A stretch of DNA of 64,000 nucleotides. It comes from Selaginella moellendorffii (Eukaryota; Plantae; Lycopodiophyta). Location: assembly GCF_000143415.4 (NCBI RefSeq), contig NW_003314387.1, positions 1 through 64,000 on the forward strand, given 5' to 3'. The notes below the pieces were generated by a model. It was not told the DNA's origin, ran no database searches, and saw only the letters and a program-made list of their open reading frames with translations. The stretch's first letter is position 1; each line of letters begins with the position of its first letter. This document shows positions 1 through 11,718 of this stretch, in pieces. Made by a program: the position numbers and the translations under genes.

Positions 1-69
1 ACGGAAAGTGCTTCATTCCACGAGTTGCATTTGGATTTGTGTAAATTTAACACGAATAAATTTTTGCAG

Positions 70-438
70 GCCACTAGTTTCCGAACAAGGAAGGCTTTCG
101 AGGGCGAGAGGTGTTATCCAGAGCATTGCAGTCGACGCTTTGTCCATGGTGGGTAGAGCAAAGGTAATAATGAAGTTTCAATCGTCTTGGCACTCACTCG
201 GAAATATTTTTGTGTCGTTTTTCCATAGACCGCTTACAAGATGACCATGGGCTTTGGCCAAGATCAAATTCACGCGTCCTCAGTATTCAGTATGCCGATG
301 GTTTCTTCGTCGCGAAGTTCCTGGAGAAATCCATCTCTGTACAACGATTGGCTTTCGTCTTCTTCTTCGTTCCCCCCTCCCGCAATCGACGAAGAAGTTT
401 TGACGTCCGAGAGAGTTTCCATCCCTCAAGACGTATAG
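70..438 (+). CDS. 3' exons (70-163, 229-438) of an unidentified gene starting left of the window
   Basis: Acceptor ttgcag at 69 and GT-AG intron 164-228 join in frame (PLVSEQGRLSRARGVIQSIAVDALSMVGRAK|TAYKMTMGFGQDQIHAS...) to TAG at 436-438. Family not recognised. Confidence 0.5.
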
Positions 439-459
439 ACTTCGGGAGGTATGACTTGT

Positions 460-1231
460 TTACTTCTCTTGCCTGTTCCCTGTTCCTAATCTAAGCTCAA
501 CTTCTGCAGCTACGTGACTCGATTGCGGCCGAGTCGAGTCCCGTGAGCTGCTGGCGAGCGACGCATTTGAGTCGTGTACATTGTTGAAGAAGTTTTCCTG
601 CTGGTGGGCTTGGACCAAGGAAGAAATGACTGCCTTTGGGTCCGACAACCTACACAGCACAGGAGCAAAGTTTTGGTGGCGGATCAAAATTCGCCTTTAT
701 ACTTACATGAGAGCACCGGTAGGCCAATCTTGTTCCATAACGAGTCTTCGTGCGTGCAGCAGCTGTTCGCGCTCTCTCTCTGCAAGATCAAAGTATAGAA
801 GACGATGCGCTCTAAGTTTCTCTCACCTTGGCGGTGCCGATTCATGTGTCCTCCCAGAGCTTGAGACTTTGCAAACTTCATCGGACAGAAGCGGCACTCG
901 TAAGGCCTGGAAGACGATGGCTCGTTGCTGCACGAAGAAGCGGCCATGGAGGAAAGGCTGCGAGGCCGGAGTCGAGGCCGAGGACGAGGCTTTGGAGGTG
1001 GCGGCGGTGGTGGCATCTGACAGCAGCTGGTAAAAGAATAATTCGCAAACGCAGTGCAACGCTAAGGATTGGAATCGTGACGAGCAAGAGGAAGAACGAA
1101 AGAGTGATTTTTTGGAGGTGAGTTTATACTGACCAGCTCGATGATCTTGTTGTGCTATCGCAGTTGCATTGGGACGACGAGGATGGAGTAGTCGGGGACA
1201 AGTTAAGATCAAGAGACGATGCTTCATCCAT
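460..1231 (-). CDS. JAGGED-like single C2H2 zinc-finger transcription repressor (4 exons)
   Basis: ATG at 1231 gives MDEASSLDLNL (EAR-like). YECRFCPMKFAKSQALGGHMNRHRQ|ERE has the plant QALGGH motif with an intron right after the finger, as in JAG. C-terminal VELRLG is EAR-like. GT-AG introns join in frame. Confidence 0.8.
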
Positions 1232-1453
1232 CGCTGCGAGAAGACGAAGTAGTACTAGAGTTCTTGCGAAAATAGGATCTAGTCAAGTATAATTGGGGTG
1301 ATCAAAGAGTGACGAAAGATTCTTTGGTTCTTTGTTTAATCTTTGCATCGGACTTTGCCAACACCAATGAAGAGAAAGTTCTAACTTCCAAAACTAGCCT
1401 TTAAGCCCTAATTTTATCTCTTTAAAGCGACCTTTAGAAGATCCAAAAGTAAC

Positions 1454-1462
1454 AAACCCTAA
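1454..1462 (+). promoter_or_regulatory. Telo-box (AAACCCTAA) in the divergent zinc finger/SUN promoter
   Basis: Exact AAACCCTAA about 90 bp upstream of the SUN ATG. A reverse copy (TTAGGGTTT) lies at 19451-19459 before the channel ATG. Confidence 0.35.
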
Positions 1463-1554
1463 AATCTTTGTTCTTTACCGTTGGATCGGGATCGGTTATC
1501 TAGGGCTTGAGCTATTTTTTTCCCTCTCTTTCTCTCGTCGTGCGGGCGGATGAG

Positions 1555-3234
1555 ATGCTGGCTGCCGCCGTGAATTCCACCTCCACCGCCACCTCCGGCT
1601 CGATTCCTCCTCCTCCTCCTCCCGCCGCTCCCGCCGTTCCCTCTAGGGCGAGGAAGCGTCCTCCCACTTCTAGGTCTCACTCCATGGTCGCAGCAGCTCC
1701 GGAAGAACAGGGCATCGACAATGGCGGCGCTGCCGCCGTTGCTGGCGCTGCGAATCCCGCGAGCAACACGGCCAATGGCGGCTGCGAGACGTGCTGCAGC
1801 GTCGGGAATGGGGAGGGCGAGGCGGTGTCGTCGCCGCTGCGCAAGACATCGCTTCGGGCGCCCAAGACAGGTAACAAGGTAGCTAGATCTTCACACAAGC
1901 AGGATAGTTCTTCGCGGCCGGGGGCGGAGACTCACCACCATCTCGCGGGGCCGCTCTTCTCCAAGCCGGTCTTCATCGCTGTGATGCTGGCAGTGATGGC
2001 CACTACTGCCTGGAAGTGGAGCCGGGATCCAGGGGTAGCACCGGGGATCTCGATCGCCCAGATGAAAGAGCTGGAGGATTTCTCGAGGAAGACGACCAAG
2101 TGGATGCAAGTCCAGCTCGAGCTTGTGGATATGAAGATCGGGAAGGAGATCGAGGGGCTGAGGAGAGATGTGGAGGACAAGATCGAGGAGCAGGCGTTGG
2201 CTCTAGAGACGAGCATCATGAACTTGAAATCACAGGTGGAGGATATGGATTCTTCCGTGCAAAGGCTCACGCAGGACGGGCTTCTCACGAAGAAGGAAGG
2301 GATGGAACTCATCGCGTCGATTATCCAGCAGCGAGCAGCGGAAGAGTCTGGAAAATCTCTCACTCTGGACGACGTGAGAATCGCTGCGAGACAGATCGTG
2401 GAAGCGGAGCTGGAGAAGCACTCGGCGGATGGAATCGGTCGGGTGGACTATGCTCTTGGCAGTGGAGGAGGGAAGATCATCGAGCACTCGGAGGGATTTT
2501 TCACGGGTGGCCGGGCGGGGTGGCTGAGCATTCTTGGAGCTGGGCTCTCGGCCGGTGGCGCGGTGAGGCATCCCATGGCTCACAAAGTCTTGGAGCCGAG
2601 CTATGGCGAGCCGGGTCAGTGCCTTCCACTCAAAGGAAGCAATGTTTTCGTGGAGATTGCGCTGAGAACTCACATACATCCCGACGCCATTACGATCGAG
2701 CACGTCCCAAAGGTATGATCTCTCCTTTTTTTTTCGAGTGTTTGAGCGAGAGACCTTGATCCGGGAGTGAGAGAAACTTAGCTTAGCGCTAATCTGGCGA
2801 GACTAGAGTTTGGTTCTTCCTCTTTCTTTCTTCGACTGTTTGAGCGAGACAGAGATAGAAAACTTCGATCGAGAGAAACTTAGTCCAGCGTTTTCTTCAA
2901 GCTCTCGAGACTAAAGTTTGGTTCATCCTCTTTCTTCCAGAGCGTGGCTTACGACGTGACGAGCGCTCCCAAAGATTTCCGCGTCTTTGGCTGGCTGGAG
3001 CGAAGCATCCAAGCCGGGACGATCGCGCGGCCAGTGAAGAAGCTCTTGCTGGGAGAATTCAGCTATAGTTTGGATGGATCAAACATCCAGACTTTTAGCT
3101 TCCCGGAAGAAGTGTCGAGGGAGCTGATCAACACCGTGCGAATCCACATTACTTCCAACCACGGCAGCTCCTCTCACACTTGCCTCTACAGAGTTCGCGT
3201 CCACGGCTTTGAGCCATCGCCACAACATTTTTAG
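1555..3234 (+). CDS. SUN1: C-terminal SUN-domain nuclear envelope protein (SUN1/SUN2 type); exons 1555-2712 and 2941-3234
   Basis: TM segment, coiled coil, then ADGIGRVDYALGSGG...EPSYGEPGQCLPLKG...TIEHVPK|SVAYDVTSAPKDF...SNHGSSSHTCLYRVRVHG (Sad1/UNC84 domain). Confidence 0.92.
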
Positions 3235-3330
3235 AGCTCTTGTTCTTCGTGTAAATTCTTTCTCTTCTTTTAATATACATTGTGTTTGAACAGACGAGTG
3301 TGGAGGCGCCCTAAACCTAAGCTATGAGAT

Positions 3331-5771
3331 ATGGGAGATGAAGCGAGCTGGGATTCGCGGCGTGGCAGCCGCGGCCGAGCTTCTTCCAATCGATCGGCAA
3401 GCTCGTCACAGCGCGCGGCAGCGCCGGATGGTAGGGATTTCATCGGCAGTATCAGGCGGAGGCAGCAGCAAGCGAGGGGTTTGTCGCGGAAATGGGGGTC
3501 GATCAATCGCTACATTCTCCAGGCGCGGCAGTGGGCCGAGCAGGAGCCGACGCTGCTGGCGCTCCAGGCCGCGCTGCTGAGATTCGTCGACAAGCTGGTG
3601 CCAGTCATGGCGAGAATTCGATCGAGGGCCGGGAAGGTCGTCGAGCGATGGTGGCCGGGAGTGGAGAGATGGGGCATATTCGCTGGCAGGTTTTTCCTGA
3701 TTCTTCTCGTCGCTACGCTTGACTGTTCGCTGCGAGGGATCAAATCGGTCTTGCGATTGAGCTCCGCGGCCTTGTGCCTCATTTTTTGGTGCTCCATTCT
3801 CAACCTCGCGGTGCTCGCAGGATTTCTCTCCATCGCCATTGCCACTGTAAGTTCTCGAAGCTTTGGCCTTTGCTTCTTTCTCCATTTTGTTTGCTTCATA
3901 CATAGTTTTTTCTTCTCTTCCAGGTGGTCACGATAGTCACATCGTTTTTCCTTGGATTAACTCCAGGTTTCATCGTCCTGAGCTTGTATGGAGCTTCTGT
4001 TTCGTGGATGTATGGGAGCTTCTGGACGACGTTCGCAGTCGTCTTAATTGCAGGTCAGTGACTTTTGGTGAAGTGGATTTCTTCTCACCGTCGTGCTCCA
4101 GGCACTCTCTACCTTTTCCAGCAGCCTGCCGCCTGGATCATCCTCTTGCTCTACGCGGTTTACTCGTGCAAGGTCCATGGAGGGTGGCTTGGAGTGTTTC
4201 TCTGCTGTGGCCTGTCCTTCGTGTCCAGTGACGTGATCGTTTACTTGGTCGCTACTGTCGAGCAGAGAAGACAAAGTGAAAAGGTACACGATCGGTTTAG
4301 TAAAGGCAAGGCAGCTCCCAAGTCCAGTTCTCAAACTCAAAGATTTAGCAGTGCTGCTGAAGACGAGAATTCGCCTTCCGTAAGTGGTGCTCCTGATGTC
4401 GACCAAACGGTGGCAGAGGAAGAGGTTGCACGAATTCTGGGGTCCGGGGATCACTATGCAGTTCTTGGCTTCCAACGGTTTGAAGTTTGCGAAGAGTCCG
4501 CTCTGAAAAGAGAGTACAGGAAAAAGGTTTGATCTTCTTTTCTGTTTTTCCTTGTCCAGTTTGGTTGACGATTATGGTGCAGGCAATGTTGGTTCATCCT
4601 GATAAAAACAAGGGAAACGCCAAAGCGGAAGAGTCGTTTAAGCGATTACAAAATGCTTATGAGGTCGAATCTTGCTTTACTCTTGACAGTGATACTATAA
4701 TGCAGTCTTCCTTGCAGGTTCTTCTGGACACTGCGAAGAAGAAATCTTACGACGATGATTTGCGGAGGGAGGAGTTAATCATGAACTTTCGACGAAACGG
4801 CTTTGGCTTCCATAAGGTAAAGCTCGGAGCCAGCGGGATTTTTCTTCGCTAATGATTTGCTTGCTTGTCTGCGACAAACAGAACGGCAGGTGTGAGTCGC
4901 CAGATTGTGGGTGTCACAATCTCGATCACCAAGACGAGGGAGCTGAAGCCGAGCTAGTTGACGCACGGCCTATTGTCTGTAAGAATTGCAAGCAGCTCCA
5001 CATGTGGACGCCTACGGACAGGAATAAGCAACACGCGAGGTGGTGTCAAGTACGTATTTGTTAGTTCCTCACGATCAGTTTAGATTTCGGAGGTGATATT
5101 CTCGTCCGTGTCAATTATGCCAGGAGTGTCAGGAATTCCATCCGGCCAAGGATGGAGACGGCTGGGTAGAACAATTCGGTCATGCTGTCTTCTTTGGTTT
5201 GTTCCAAAAGGTTGGTAATTAGTTGAATGTAGGACGCAATTTGGTTGTGAAGATGAGCCGTGGTGCGTGTTTTTTTTTTTTTTTTTGTTCCTTTTTTGTT
5301 TTGTTCTATCAGGTGGATGTTCCTCAAGCATACGCTTGCGCTGGAGACATGGTGTTCAACGTAACGGACTGGGCGATTTGCCAGGTAACGGAGCTCATTA
5401 AAACTCGTCTCTCTTGAAAACTTAGACATTGGCTTCTTCCACAGGGCATGAAGTGTCCAGCAAACACGCACAAGCCTTCGTTCTTCGTGAGCACACAGGC
5501 AGCCATGGGAGGAGGAGGAGGATCTTCATCGAAAAAAGGCAGGAAAGGCAACGTTGCCGAAGGATTTCCATTCCCCGACATGGCGGAGACGATGAACGAG
5601 CAAGAGTTTTACGACTGGTTCGAGAAGGCGATGGCTTCCGGGATGTTTGGAGGCGCGAGTTCTTCTCACGGCGAGCAGCAAAGCCATCACCAGCAACAGC
5701 AAGCTTCCTCGTCGTCGTCCAAGCAAGGCCATCGAAAGAAGAAGAAAGGAGGCAACAAGAAGCAGTGGTGA
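3331..5771 (+). CDS. Membrane-anchored DnaJ protein with Jiv90-type Cys-rich domain (DNAJC14-like), multi-exon
   Basis: TM region; J-domain DHYAVLGF...KREYRKK|AMLVHPDKNKGNAKAEESFKRLQNAYE (HPD motif); CKNCKQLHMW...ARWCQ|ECQEFHPAKDGDGW; KCPANTHKPSF; basic tail ending KKQW at 5771. Confidence 0.88.
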
Positions 5772-5801
5772 AGAACGCATACGTAGATAAAAGCTATATA
5801 A

Positions 5802-5834
5802 TCTCAGGAGTGGGATTCGAACCCACGCACGCTC
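5802..5834 (-). pseudogene. 3' fragment of a tRNA-Leu-like sequence (T-arm plus acceptor strand)
   Basis: Minus strand reads GCGTGGGTTCGAATCCCACTCCTGAGA, closely resembling the eukaryotic tRNA-Leu 3' end. No matching 5' half or anticodon arm is seen. Confidence 0.5.
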
Positions 5835-6400
5835 TTTGTCCCCGATTTACCCCAGCAAATACTTTTTTGTCACATCGCTTGCGCGGTAAAAAATGATGGA
5901 ATGATGAATTTGCGTAACAGAAAGCTGGCGATGACTGACGGGGTCAACTACGGACGGAATATGCCGTGCGGCGGGGAAGAATATTCTGGGAACCAAGCGT
6001 GGGCACACGTCATCCTCCTTCATGGGGATGTCATGTGCGGCAAACGGCCGCCGTGCGGTGACGCAGTTCTTTCCTTCCATCCATCTCTCTTGGTGTGGTG
6101 GTGTTTGTTTTTAGAGTGAGCTAGGTCTAGAATGAGCTCGCAAGTACCGCGAGGACGTCGCCAAGGCCTAGGCGCCGCAGGGGTGAGCGCGCGCATTCTC
6201 GGCTCGATCGGGGAGCTTCTTGGAGAGATTATGACGCCGCGATCGCTCCTCGGCGAGGTTACCGTCACAGGTGGATGAATTTCCCGGGATCTTGGCAGCG
6301 CATTCTCTGATCGGGAGCTCGGGAGCTTCTCTGATCGGTTGCTGCCATAGATCGTCGTCACAGGCGGCTGAATTTCGGAGAATCTTGCGGCGCCGCTATC

Positions 6401-8617
6401 ATGGCCAAGGCGATCGTCCCCGGGCTCCAAGAAAGGCTGCGATCGCTGGTGAATGGCAAGGGCTGGGACTACGTCGTCTACTGGAAGCTCAACGACGATC
6501 AGAGGTATGGGATATGTTCTTCGCTAGCATGGAAAGACCTGTGTCGAGGATTTTGTGGCTCATCGCTCGCAGGTTTATCGATTGGGTGGGCTGCTGTTGT
6601 GGCGGAGTGACAGCAGGCCATGGAATTGGAGCGGATTTTTTCTCGCCACAGCCTCACTACCTGGATGGAGGAGCGCCTTGTCCCGATATCTCGTTCCCCC
6701 ATCCATCAACAAAGACGTGTACGCTTCTCTCCGCCATGACGCTCTCTCCTTCCATTCCTCTTGATTCGGCCGGGTAAGAACAAGTATGAGCTCGCTCGCA
6801 CAGAGAAACTGTAGTGAGTCCTTTAGCTTCGTGCGTGTGCTATCATATGTCACGAAACTCTTGTTTGTGTACTTACGCTTTGGTGGTTTCTTGGCAGTGT
6901 TCACGCTCAGGTGCTTTTGTCAGGGCAGCCTCGCTGGATTAACTTCTCGCTGGAGAGTAACCAGGTATATAAGGAGGGATTTTACTTAGAGATTGTGTCG
7001 TCGTGGTGTGGTAACGGAGGTTTTGCTTACAGCACGAAGGCGTGCAAACCAAAGTTTACATTCCAATCCAGAATGGAATCGTGGAGCTCGGATCGTCAAG
7101 CCAGGTGCTTTTGATATGCTAGAAGTGAGATGACAAAGCATTGATTCTTTTCTCTCTTGTTGCAGATTGCCGAGAATGCCATGGTCATTCAAAGTGTAAA
7201 AGCAAAGTGTGGGGATCCATGGCAGGATTTTCAGGTTGGCAATTACAATTCCATGCGAACTGGCTTGTTATGTACCTTTCTTTTCCACTGTCAGGGTTTC
7301 CAGGAGAACGTTGACCAGCAAGGCTTCAAATCTCTGTACAAGAACCAAGAAGATGGTTTAGACAAGCACTTCAACGGCCATGGCGACCAGGTGCACTGGA
7401 CTTCGGCGCTGGACACTCACCCTTGGGAACACGACGTAGGATTTTCCGACAATCAGTTCTCACTGAACATCGCGGCACCGACTCAGCTCAACTTCCTTGG
7501 GCAGCCCTCTAAAACGGGTGGTCAACCGTCGGACCACTTTGACAAGCAAGTTGACTGTTCCCGCCCCGAGAAACAAGTGCCGCCATTTGTGCAGGGGCTG
7601 CAAGACGTCCCTCCTCTTGCTCCTCCAAATCACAGCTTCTCGGAGTCTCCTCACGGCAGCGGCGTCTCCAAAGAGAACTCCGAAGTCAAGCAGGAGACGC
7701 GCGCTGATTCGTCAGATTGCAGCGATCAGGTGGACGAAGACGATGAGAAAGCCACCGGCCGCTCTGGCCGGCGGCACTTGTCCAAGAACTTGGTCGCCGA
7801 GAGGAAGCGGAGGAAGAAGCTTAACGAGCGCCTCTACTCTCTCCGAGCATTGGTCCCAAAGATAACCAAGGTAACGATTTGAGACTGACATTATAAATGG
7901 AGATGAATGACTGACAGGGTGGTTTCCTGTGTCTCAACAGATGGACAGAGCATCAATCTTGGGCGATGCCATTGAGTACGTCAAGGAGCTACAACAACAA
8001 GTTAAGGAGCTGCAGGACGAACTGGAGGACGATTCTCAGGCTGCCAACAATATCCCCGCAATGACAGACGTTTGTGGTGGAGGACACAAGCACCCTGGGA
8101 GCGAAGGAATCACGATTGCAGACGTTGACACCAACAAATGTGCCTTGAAAGCGGATGATATCAACGACAAGAAAGTGGAAGATCTCACGCAGCCAATGCA
8201 GGTAAGTACTTTGCAACAAAAAACACACGGCAAGTCTTACAATGTTTTTGCAGGTGGAAGTGAGCAAAATGGATGCTCACTTGCTAACTCTGAGGATCTT
8301 TTGTGAGAAGCGGCCGGGGGTGTTTGTGAAACTGATGCAGGCACTGGATGCGCTGGGTTTGGACGTCCTGCATGCAAATATCACCACGTTTCGAGGATTA
8401 GTCCTTAACGTTTTCAATGCCGAGGTAACGTTTTTGCTTTGGTTCTTTTCGTTTTTATCGAGTGAAGTTTTGGCTACTGTAGATGCGGGACAAGGAACTG
8501 ATGCAAGCTGAGCAGGTCAAAGAGACGCTCTTGGAAATGACATCGCAGCCAGAAGCGCGAAGTAGCTCGTCGCTTGTGTCTGAGTCTCATATGGGAGTGA
8601 TAACTATTGATGGATAA
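6401..8617 (+). CDS. AMS: ABORTED MICROSPORES-like bHLH transcription factor (bHLH-MYC_N + bHLH + ACT-like)
   Basis: [27 protein letters not shown]|[11 protein letters not shown] is AMS-type. bHLH: [30 protein letters not shown]|[21 protein letters not shown]-like: [30 protein letters not shown]. Stop at 8615-8617. Confidence 0.82.
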
Positions 8618-8728
8618 ACGAGAATGCTGCCAAGTTAAAAATGATGGAATTTCCAATCTTCCATGACAAATATCTATTTATCATCAATTTCGAACATAAA
8701 TGTAACTTCCACTTGGAGTGTATACAAC

Positions 8729-9134
8729 ATGGATTTGGGAGGTTTAGTTTTTTCAATCTCCTTACTGATTATGTTATTTGGAGGCTCAGGCTCAGACTGT
8801 TCTTGTGAGAGTGTTGAGTATAACAACGTTGCTAACTTCACGATTTTAGGGGATGGTTATAATTTCAAGCCCGGAGCAGCTCTTAGATTGCAAAGATCAC
8901 AATAAGAGGAATGCAATTGCTAGGTGGTTGAATATGGAATATGGAAGGCATGAGATAGGAGACAATAATCCCACTTACAGTTATTTTGTAGAGGATTTGC
9001 AGTGTTTTGAGATTACTTCTTTTAATGGATGGGGTCATTTTAGAACCACAAATGGATGGTATGGTTGGAGTTTCTGGGCCTTCACAGGGAGTTTCATTCA
9101 ATCTTCTGACCACTTGAGTGTTGATTTTCTTTAA
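8729..9134 (+). pseudogene. Small putatively secreted protein, frameshifted near 8880-8900 (or sequencing error)
   Basis: Signal-peptide-like MDLGGLVFSISLLIMLFGGSGS in one frame. A second frame carries FEITSFNGWGHF...SVDFL*, shared with the ORF at 9400. Confidence 0.4.
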
Positions 9135-9399
9135 TTCTTGGTTAACCATTGGGTGTTCCTAGTTTATGTTTTGTTTATATTTAATTGAAGTTTTTAGTTG
9201 TATATTTTGAGTTTACTAAACTTCTTCACAAAATTACTAATAAAATTCTTTTTATTTGTTATTTGCCATCTGTATGTTTAACAAAAAGCAAAAGTAAAGC
9301 TGTAAAGGTGCAAGCTGTAAAGTTTATCCATCGATGCAAACTTCCATTTCTCGCGATGAATGTTAGGACATGGAAAATAAAATCTAGAGGCAGCAAGCT

Positions 9400-9630
9400 A
9401 TGTACCAAGCTCTAGTTTTTCCGGCTTTTACGATCTTGCTACTGGCACGGTTTCAAATCTCAGATTCATGCAGAGCTGCTGGTGCTAGGTATAGTCTTAA
9501 GGCCGTTCAGCCCAACATATCAAACGCTTCAGCTATTTCACCGAAAGCTTACAGTGCTTCGAAGTTTATGTCGTTCAATGGTTGGGGCCATTACAAGTCG
9601 GGGCATGGGTTTACCATCGATTTTACCTGA
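9400..9630 (+). CDS. Small putatively secreted protein (76 aa), paralog of 8729-9134
   Basis: Hydrophobic N-terminus MYQALVFPAFTILLLARFQISDS; C-terminal FMSFNGWGHY...TIDFT*. Confidence 0.4.
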   Translation: MYQALVFPAFTILLLARFQISDSCRAAGARYSLKAVQPNISNASAISPKAYSASKFMSFNGWGHYKSGHGFTIDFT

Positions 9631-10084
9631 ACATCATTAACAAATGTAAAACCATGACAATAAGCTTGAAAAAGATTTGGTTTCCAGAACTAGTCTGAAA
9701 ATCAGAGACGAGTTTTCTTTCACGTGACTCAGCAGAAAATGGATGGATTATCACTCACATCTATCATCAGAAACTGTGAAATAACTGGTCATCACTGCCA
9801 CGAGTAAAGAAGGGGCTCATCTATGGCAATTGGCTCAGCAACTCGGTGAAATTTTCACTCATGTTGCCTTCAGACAAACTGTGAAATTTCTATAGACATC
9901 ATCGCCATTCTAGCCTCTAGAAGGGAAGAAAAACTTACAAGGAATTCGTGGCCTCCTAGTTGGAGCGAGAATGGAGCTTTACTTGACCCATCGCAAGCCA
10001 TTGTAAGCACTGCCAATTACGCGTTATAGAAGGTGAGAAGAGAAACACACAAACACAAAACAAACCTACTTTGAAGGCATGGAT

Positions 10085-11438
10085 TCAGTGACCACTCCCA
10101 ATCTTTAGCGCGCTCAGGAACATATGTTCTAGTGCCGCTTCTCGACAAAGTGCTGCGAGCTTCGACATGTCAGTCTCGCCGAGCTCTTCGATTTGAGTCG
10201 TCTTGAACCGGCGCAGCTCGTCAATGTTGCGGCCAGCAGGACACTGCTCCTCCTCGAGAGCCCGCAAATTCATAGCTTGCCATCTCAAGTGACGAACTCT
10301 CTTCACATATTCGGTAATATTTGTGTCTTCAGCCTGGACAAATAGACAATCATGATGTGAAACTACACACATAAACATACCTCAATGATTAGAATACCAG
10401 GAAAGCCAGGCTTGCAGTAGCCACCCACACGAAGTTCCTTTCCCCACTCCACGATACATTTCCTTTTCCGCGTGGACTTGATATGATGAAACCTTCACAA
10501 AAGTGATCGAGCTAGAAATTGTTGAAGATTCACAAAAGAAAACAAACCAAAAGAGTTTTCTCTTTAGGAGTTGTGACGCTCCAGACATCGATGAGGCGTT
10601 CGAGGATTGAGTGGTTTGATCGCTTTCTGATATCCGCCAAGCCAAGTCCTACACAAGACAGGTTAAGAACCTCCAAAATGGAAGCGAGAAGAAACTTACC
10701 TGTACTTTTTGTAGCACTAAAAGAGTCGATTCCTGTCCAAGAGCTCCCTCGGCAACGCTGGCTGCCGCTCGATTTAAGCTGTCAAGTTGATCTCTTGCAA
10801 CGCTTCCATGGCATCTCACGTTGACAGCCACCGCTTGGCTCTCTGGATAGTCGTCCGGGAAGGTGAACTGGATGCTTAAACTCTCAAGCAACTTAAGGTG
10901 GACAGTGAACGAGACAGAGCCACCATAGCCAGTCTCAAACTCTCCCTGGCCAGAGTATATAGACCGCAAAGCCTCCACCTGTGGATCGAGAAATTTTTTT
11001 TTATCAGAAAACCATAGAAAACTTTCAGAAATTCTTCGCAGTGGAAGAAAGTTTTCCAGCATCGACCAAAGAGAATTTTCAGCAATGCGCAAAACCAAAT
11101 TTGCATTTGATCGATGCACATTCAAAGAAAGAAAGACTTTTATGAAATTATCGCGAGAAGGGTCTATGAAAAGAGGAAAGAAATCGAAAACGATGAGATT
11201 CATACGCATCGACCAAAGAGAATTTTCAGCAATGCGCTAAACCACATTTGCATATGACCGACGCACATTGAAAGGACCTTTATGAAATTATCACGAGAAG
11301 CGTCTATGAAAAGTGGAAAGAAATCAAAAGCGACGAATTTCATCCGCAGAAAAAGCAGGAACAATCGATCGCAAGCAAACATTTTACCTCGTCTAGCTGC
11401 CGCTGGAGATTCGCGGAAGTGTGGCGGCGTCCATCCAT
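10085..11438 (-). CDS. RWD-domain protein (RWDD2-like), multi-exon
   Basis: NLQRQLDE|VEALRSIY...FTFPDDYPE (RWD YP motif); C-terminal EYVKRVRHLRWQAM typical of the RWDD2 C-terminal domain. Confidence 0.8.
11059..11348. repeat. Imperfect tandem duplication (2 x ~145 bp) in the first intron of the RWD gene
   Basis: gcatcgaccaaagagaattttcagcaatgcgc... starts at ~11059 and again at ~11207. Confidence 0.85.
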
Positions 11439-11718
11439 AGCTCTAGCTCCGCGCTGCCGCCGCCGCCGCCGCCGCCCCCCATTCTGGAAAAGAAGAACCC
11501 TAGTGGGAGAGAAGGAAAGCAGCATTAAAGAAGAATTTTTTAGGGCTAAAAGAAATTACTTGCTAGGGCGGACAGGATGGTGATGGCGATGGCGATGGCG
11601 CTGGCGCAGTGGCTCGCGGCATCCGAGGCGTAAGCGGTTCGATCGCGGCGGCGAGCTCGGCAGCTAGATCACGGTCCTAGGATGCTGGTGAGCTCGCCGC
11701 TGATGAAGGGCTTGTTCG

